Origin: Candidatus Kerfeldbacteria bacterium
GTDB lineage: Bacteria > Patescibacteriota > Patescibacteriia > SBBC01 > CAIJZX01
Reading direction: 5' to 3'
Length of the DNA stretch: 64,000 nt
Assembly (NCBI GenBank): GCA_963731735.1
Contig: CAVSWO010000002.1
Location: 756,257-820,256, forward strand
The notes beneath the pieces are model-generated. The model saw nothing but the letters and a program-made list of their open reading frames with translations. It was not told the origin of the DNA and did not search any database. Shown here in pieces: positions 60,740 through 64,000 of the stretch. Position 1 is the stretch's first letter, and the number at the start of each line of letters is the position of its first letter. The position numbers were made by a program, and so were the translations under genes.

Positions 60740-61843
60740 CTACGCTTCGGCGGCCTCGGACAGGTCTCCCGAATCGTTGTCACTCTCGTCGAAGTTCACG
60801 AGGGCGCCCAATCGCGGCGTCAGGCGCCGCGTACGCTTCCCACTGTTGATGTGGTCGCGCATCAAGATGTACAGCATCTCGTGAGCCTTGCCCGCGGAGG
60901 AGGCCAGCCGCACGATCTCCGGATCGTTGATCTTGAACAGGCCGATCTTCCGACGCAGGCTGGCGTCGACGAACAGTCGCCGATCATCGTCCTTGGTCCA
61001 GAAGTCGAGATGGTCACAGAGCAGCTTGGCCATCACGAACAGGAAGGTGCCCCGCATGTAGATGGCCGACTCCCTGAACTGGATTCGACGGATGCCCCAA
61101 CACTCGTCGAGCAGGTCGAAGAACGTCCGGATGTTCTCTCGGAAGATATTGACGCCGAAAACGTTGATCGCCCGGTCGAGCGACGGCACGAGTTCCTGCG
61201 TCCGGCTGCTCCGGCCACCGGGAGCCCGGTGAGACATCAGGCGTCCGGCCACCTTGGTCAGCATGGTGGCGGTGATGAACTCACCGCGCGTCATGCGCTG
61301 GTTCCAGCACACCCGGCCTTTCAGGACGAATCTCTCATCCCGCGTAGACAGGGAGTACAGCGCCTGGATCGCCGGACTGTTCTCCCGCATGTTGCGCAGA
61401 ATGACATTCGACGACACCTTCAAGCGGCTGGTGTTGGTGGCCAGGAAACGCTCGCGTTCCCAGGCCTTGGTGGTCCCGAAGTGGATCATCGCGCCGAGGC
61501 GCAACGGCTTGTCCGGGTTGGACCGCAGGAAGTGGATGGCCGCGTTGACACGCTGCTGGCCGTCGACGATGTACACGGGATCCTTGAGGATGAAGACGCC
61601 CTCTCGCTCGGTCACGGAGTGGCCGCGCATCCCCAACTCGACGTCCGGGAAAACGACCTCGTCGGCCAGTGCTTCGAGCATCGAACTGAGGCTCGTGACC
61701 GGCAGCGCTTCGCGCTGGTACTCGTCGACCATCAGGTCTTGGAGGGACCGTGGATCGATGGATCCGCGGACGATGATGTCGCCCTTGAAGTCGTCGAGGC
61801 CGCCGTTCAGAATCCGGATGGGCTTCTGCGTCTGCTTGGTCAT
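60740..61843 (-). CDS. DGQHR/ParB-like domain protein
   Basis: YQRE, IVDGQQR, ER.RF...N; AGGAG RBS; GC-rich codon usage. Confidence 0.7.
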   Translation of the reverse strand: MTKQTQKPIRILNGGLDDFKGDIIVRGSIDPRSLQDLMVDEYQREALPVTSLSSMLEALADEVVFPDVELGMRGHSVTEREGVFILKDPVYIVDGQQRVNAAIHFLRSNPDKPLRLGAMIHFGTTKAWERERFLATNTSRLKVSSNVILRNMRENSPAIQALYSLSTRDERFVLKGRVCWNQRMTRGEFITATMLTKVAGRLMSHRAPGGRSSRTQELVPSLDRAINVFGVNIFRENIRTFFDLLDECWGIRRIQFRESAIYMRGTFLFVMAKLLCDHLDFWTKDDDRRLFVDASLRRKIGLFKINDPEIVRLASSAGKAHEMLYILMRDHINSGKRTRRLTPRLGALVNFDESDNDSGDLSEAAEA

Positions 61844-62192
61844 GTCTGCTCCTTAGGGTGGGCAGATGTCAGAGAACGTCCCGAAGCAGTACCCAAAGTA
61901 GGGCCTTATGTTCGGGGCTTGCCTGGATGGCAATGCTCGCTGTTCTTACCTGATACTCGGCATTTTGTCAAGCCGTATATATCGGCTTGCTAATCTTACC
62001 TCGTCATCACGGTGATCCGGAGCGAAATTTATTTGCCCATTTTCTTAACATCAGAAATTTCGATATAAGATCATTGATGTCCGTTTTTCGGACATCGGTG
62101 GTTTTCCGGATTGCTTGAAAAAAAGTCAAAGCTTAGCAGCGCCTTGCGCGTCCTTAGCCGGTGCGCTACAATCCGAAGTGGACAACTGAATA

Positions 62193-62359
62193 CGTTATCA
62201 AGAGTGCAGCGAGGGAACGAGCCCGATGCCTGTCCGCCGAAGAATCGGCGCAGGCGGAACCTGCCGGCAACCTGCCAAATTGGTAAGGTGCTCCATCTCG
62301 CCCCATTCCGGGGAAAGATACTGCACGCATCTCTTTCCTTGAGTGGGAAGAGTTCTTTC
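62193..62359 (+). ncRNA. SAM-I riboswitch variant with terminator, copy 2
   Basis: Same core as copy 1 with a shorter P3; TTGCGC-17-TACAAT promoter. Confidence 0.85.
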
Positions 62360-62374
62360 ACATGGGAGGAAAAC

Positions 62375-62782
62375 ATGTCACACCACGACCAGCGTCCCGA
62401 CGTCAACGTTGTCTGCTTTCCGAAGAAGCTGCAGATCCCGGACCGGCCGGAACTGTCGGTCTTCCCGCTGCAGGTCGCCTTCATGGCCGTGGCGGAACGC
62501 GATGGCCAGCTAGGGGCGATCTGCTCGTCCTACGTCCCGGTCCTGCCGACCTACGCGGTCGCTGGCTCGCAGCGCTACCTTCGCTACGAGAACATCCTGG
62601 GCGCCTCGTCGCTCCTGCATCTCACCTTTGACGATGTGGGTGTCCGGTACGTCGGCGAGAAAGTCGTTGACGGACGCTCGATCGGCCGGGCTTACGGGCG
62701 CGACTGGGAGAGGTTCTTCACCCATCTCGCCGCCCTCGGCATTGCCGAAGATGAGCGGCATGAATTTCGTGGGATAGGGTAG
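62375..62782 (+). CDS. uncharacterised 135-aa protein under the SAM-I riboswitch (paralogue 2)
   Basis: GGAGGA RBS; collinear with the 59390 protein. Confidence 0.8.
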   Translation: MSHHDQRPDVNVVCFPKKLQIPDRPELSVFPLQVAFMAVAERDGQLGAICSSYVPVLPTYAVAGSQRYLRYENILGASSLLHLTFDDVGVRYVGEKVVDGRSIGRAYGRDWERFFTHLAALGIAEDERHEFRGIG

Positions 62783-62790
62783 AGTTCATA

Positions 62791-62827
62791 TCCTTCCCGC
62801 CCCCACACCAAGATTTGGTGTGGGGGC
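62791..62827. repeat. intergenic repeat, copy 3 (single hairpin)
   Basis: TCCTTCCC-GCCCCCACACCAAGATTTGGTGTGGGGGC. Confidence 0.75.
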
Positions 62828-62892
62828 TTGACTTTTTTCCAAATTCATGTATACTGCCCGGTTCCAAAACCCAAAACACGGAGGTTCCTTCC

Positions 62893-63267
62893 ATGAACGT
62901 TACCCTCGAGCCGAAAACGACGCTCGGGTTCCCGACGCAGTTCACGACGCGATCCGAAGTCAAGTTTTCACCCGGCCTGTCCTTCACAGACCATCAGACC
63001 GAAACTAAGCGGACGGAGTGCCATGAAGTGCTTAAGGACATGCTCCAACAGATCACCGGATTGCCGGTCGCCGGGCGGCTGACCTTCACAGTGACGAAGA
63101 AACACATCCAATCATCAGGGCGTCTGTCCGTCTACTTCGGTCAGCAGCAACGTTGCTCGGATCGCATCCGGCAGATGATGCAAGCGCTTGACGACTATCG
63201 GCGACGATTCCCTGATCGGGTTACGTCAACCGTTTTCGAGGTTCAGGTCAGAATCGAGTTTGCCTGA
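62893..63267 (+). CDS. hypothetical protein
   Basis: GGAGG RBS; TTGACT..TATACT promoter; downstream hairpin. Confidence 0.55.
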   Translation: MNVTLEPKTTLGFPTQFTTRSEVKFSPGLSFTDHQTETKRTECHEVLKDMLQQITGLPVAGRLTFTVTKKHIQSSGRLSVYFGQQQRCSDRIRQMMQALDDYRRRFPDRVTSTVFEVQVRIEFA

Positions 63268-63757
63268 GCCAACTCCCGATACGAATGGTTACGGCCCCCA
63301 TAACTTAATTAGTGAGGGGGCCTCTTTTTTACTCCACCCCGAAACCCCCGAACGTGATCCGGGGCGGAATCCATAAAAACTACCCTGCCTACCGGTAGGC
63401 AGGGCTCAGCCTCGCACGGACAACAACCGTGCCTATCGGTAGAGAAGGATACCGATAGGCACTAGGCTGAAGATGGCAAACCACAGTATGTTGGATACTT
63501 CAGCCAAAGCACGGTCGAACCGCCCTAACGAGATCGTCGCCCAACCGAAAGTAGTGGTCAGTTTTTTGCAAATTTTAAAATATGGTGGACAAGGATAGCG
63601 TGGATTGGCCGATTGACAAATCGTGTCAATTTACGTAGTTTGGGTGCACTCGACTGCTCGTTGACAACTGAATATCTTGGCATTTTCCGAGCTACGGAAG
63701 GTGTCAATTAACTCTTCTGTAAGTATTCGTCTATACTCCCACGGAAAGGATGGAGAC

Positions 63758-64000
63758 ATGAAGATCGTGCTAATCATGCCCCATGGGCAGGCGCATCGAA
63801 AGGGCGGTATTTTTGGTAAAGCCCTGCGATACGCTCCGCTCACACTCACGACGCTGGCTGCAGAAATTCCGGCCGAGCTGAACGCCGAGATTCAATTGAT
63901 CGATGAAGGGGTCGAAGACCTGATGATCGACAAAATTGAGGCTGATCTGGTCGGAATTACGTGCATCACCGGGACGTCGTATCGAGCGTATGAAATCGCC
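63758..64000 (+). CDS. B12-binding-domain radical SAM protein, N-terminal part
   Basis: MKIVLIMP...APLTLTTLAA..P.....IDEGVE......ADLVGITCIT....RAYEIA; runs off the window end. Confidence 0.75.
   Translation, partial: MKIVLIMPHGQAHRKGGIFGKALRYAPLTLTTLAAEIPAELNAEIQLIDEGVEDLMIDKIEADLVGITCITGTSYRAYEIA

Noticed and set aside
60713-61993. 426-aa plus-strand ORF
   Set aside because: Antisense shadow of the GC-rich DGQHR gene with no recognisable motifs
62111-62374. N-terminal extensions of the 62111 and 59303 ORFs
   Set aside because: They translate the riboswitch sequence; the RBS-led starts are 62375 and 59390
1-64000. Alternative genetic code, tRNA or rRNA genes
   Set aside because: TGA terminates conserved genes such as eno, gpmI, korA and recJ; no tRNA or rRNA signatures were recognised

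Overview
Bacterial chromosome segment using the standard genetic code, most consistent with a Patescibacteria (CPR) genome. That assignment is inferred from gene content, a TTCGG-N6-TTCGG LexA-type box and CPR-style intergenic palindromes. The housekeeping core comprises typA, dinB, ssb, ndh-2, a pgk-eno-gpmI-gpmI-pduL-ackA-korAB-recJ-rnhA operon, tag and SRAP. It is interleaved with accessory segments. (1) An integrase-less integron-like cassette array with four 57-bp attC-like sites (1.7-4.9 kb). (2) An AT-rich cassette pairing a PLP-dependent alpha-oxoamine synthase with a 7TM histidine kinase and a decaying tandem array of stand-alone 7TM sensor paralogues, a candidate signal synthase/receptor system (20.5-26.7 kb). 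(3) An unannotated 49-aa Trp/Asp/His-rich peptide gene directly upstream of a radical SAM/SPASM enzyme and flanked by three HExxH peptidases, a candidate RiPP cluster (26.8-31.4 kb). (4) Two copies of a SAM-I riboswitch variant with an extra hairpin, each leading a paralogue of an uncharacterised 135-aa protein (59.2 and 62.2 kb). (5) Small GIY-YIG nucleases with REP-like palindromes, a toxin-antitoxin pair, a DGQHR protein and a kinase/HAD mini-cluster. Several genes are broken by single-base frameshifts that look like sequencing errors. All calls come from reading motifs; no database searches were run.
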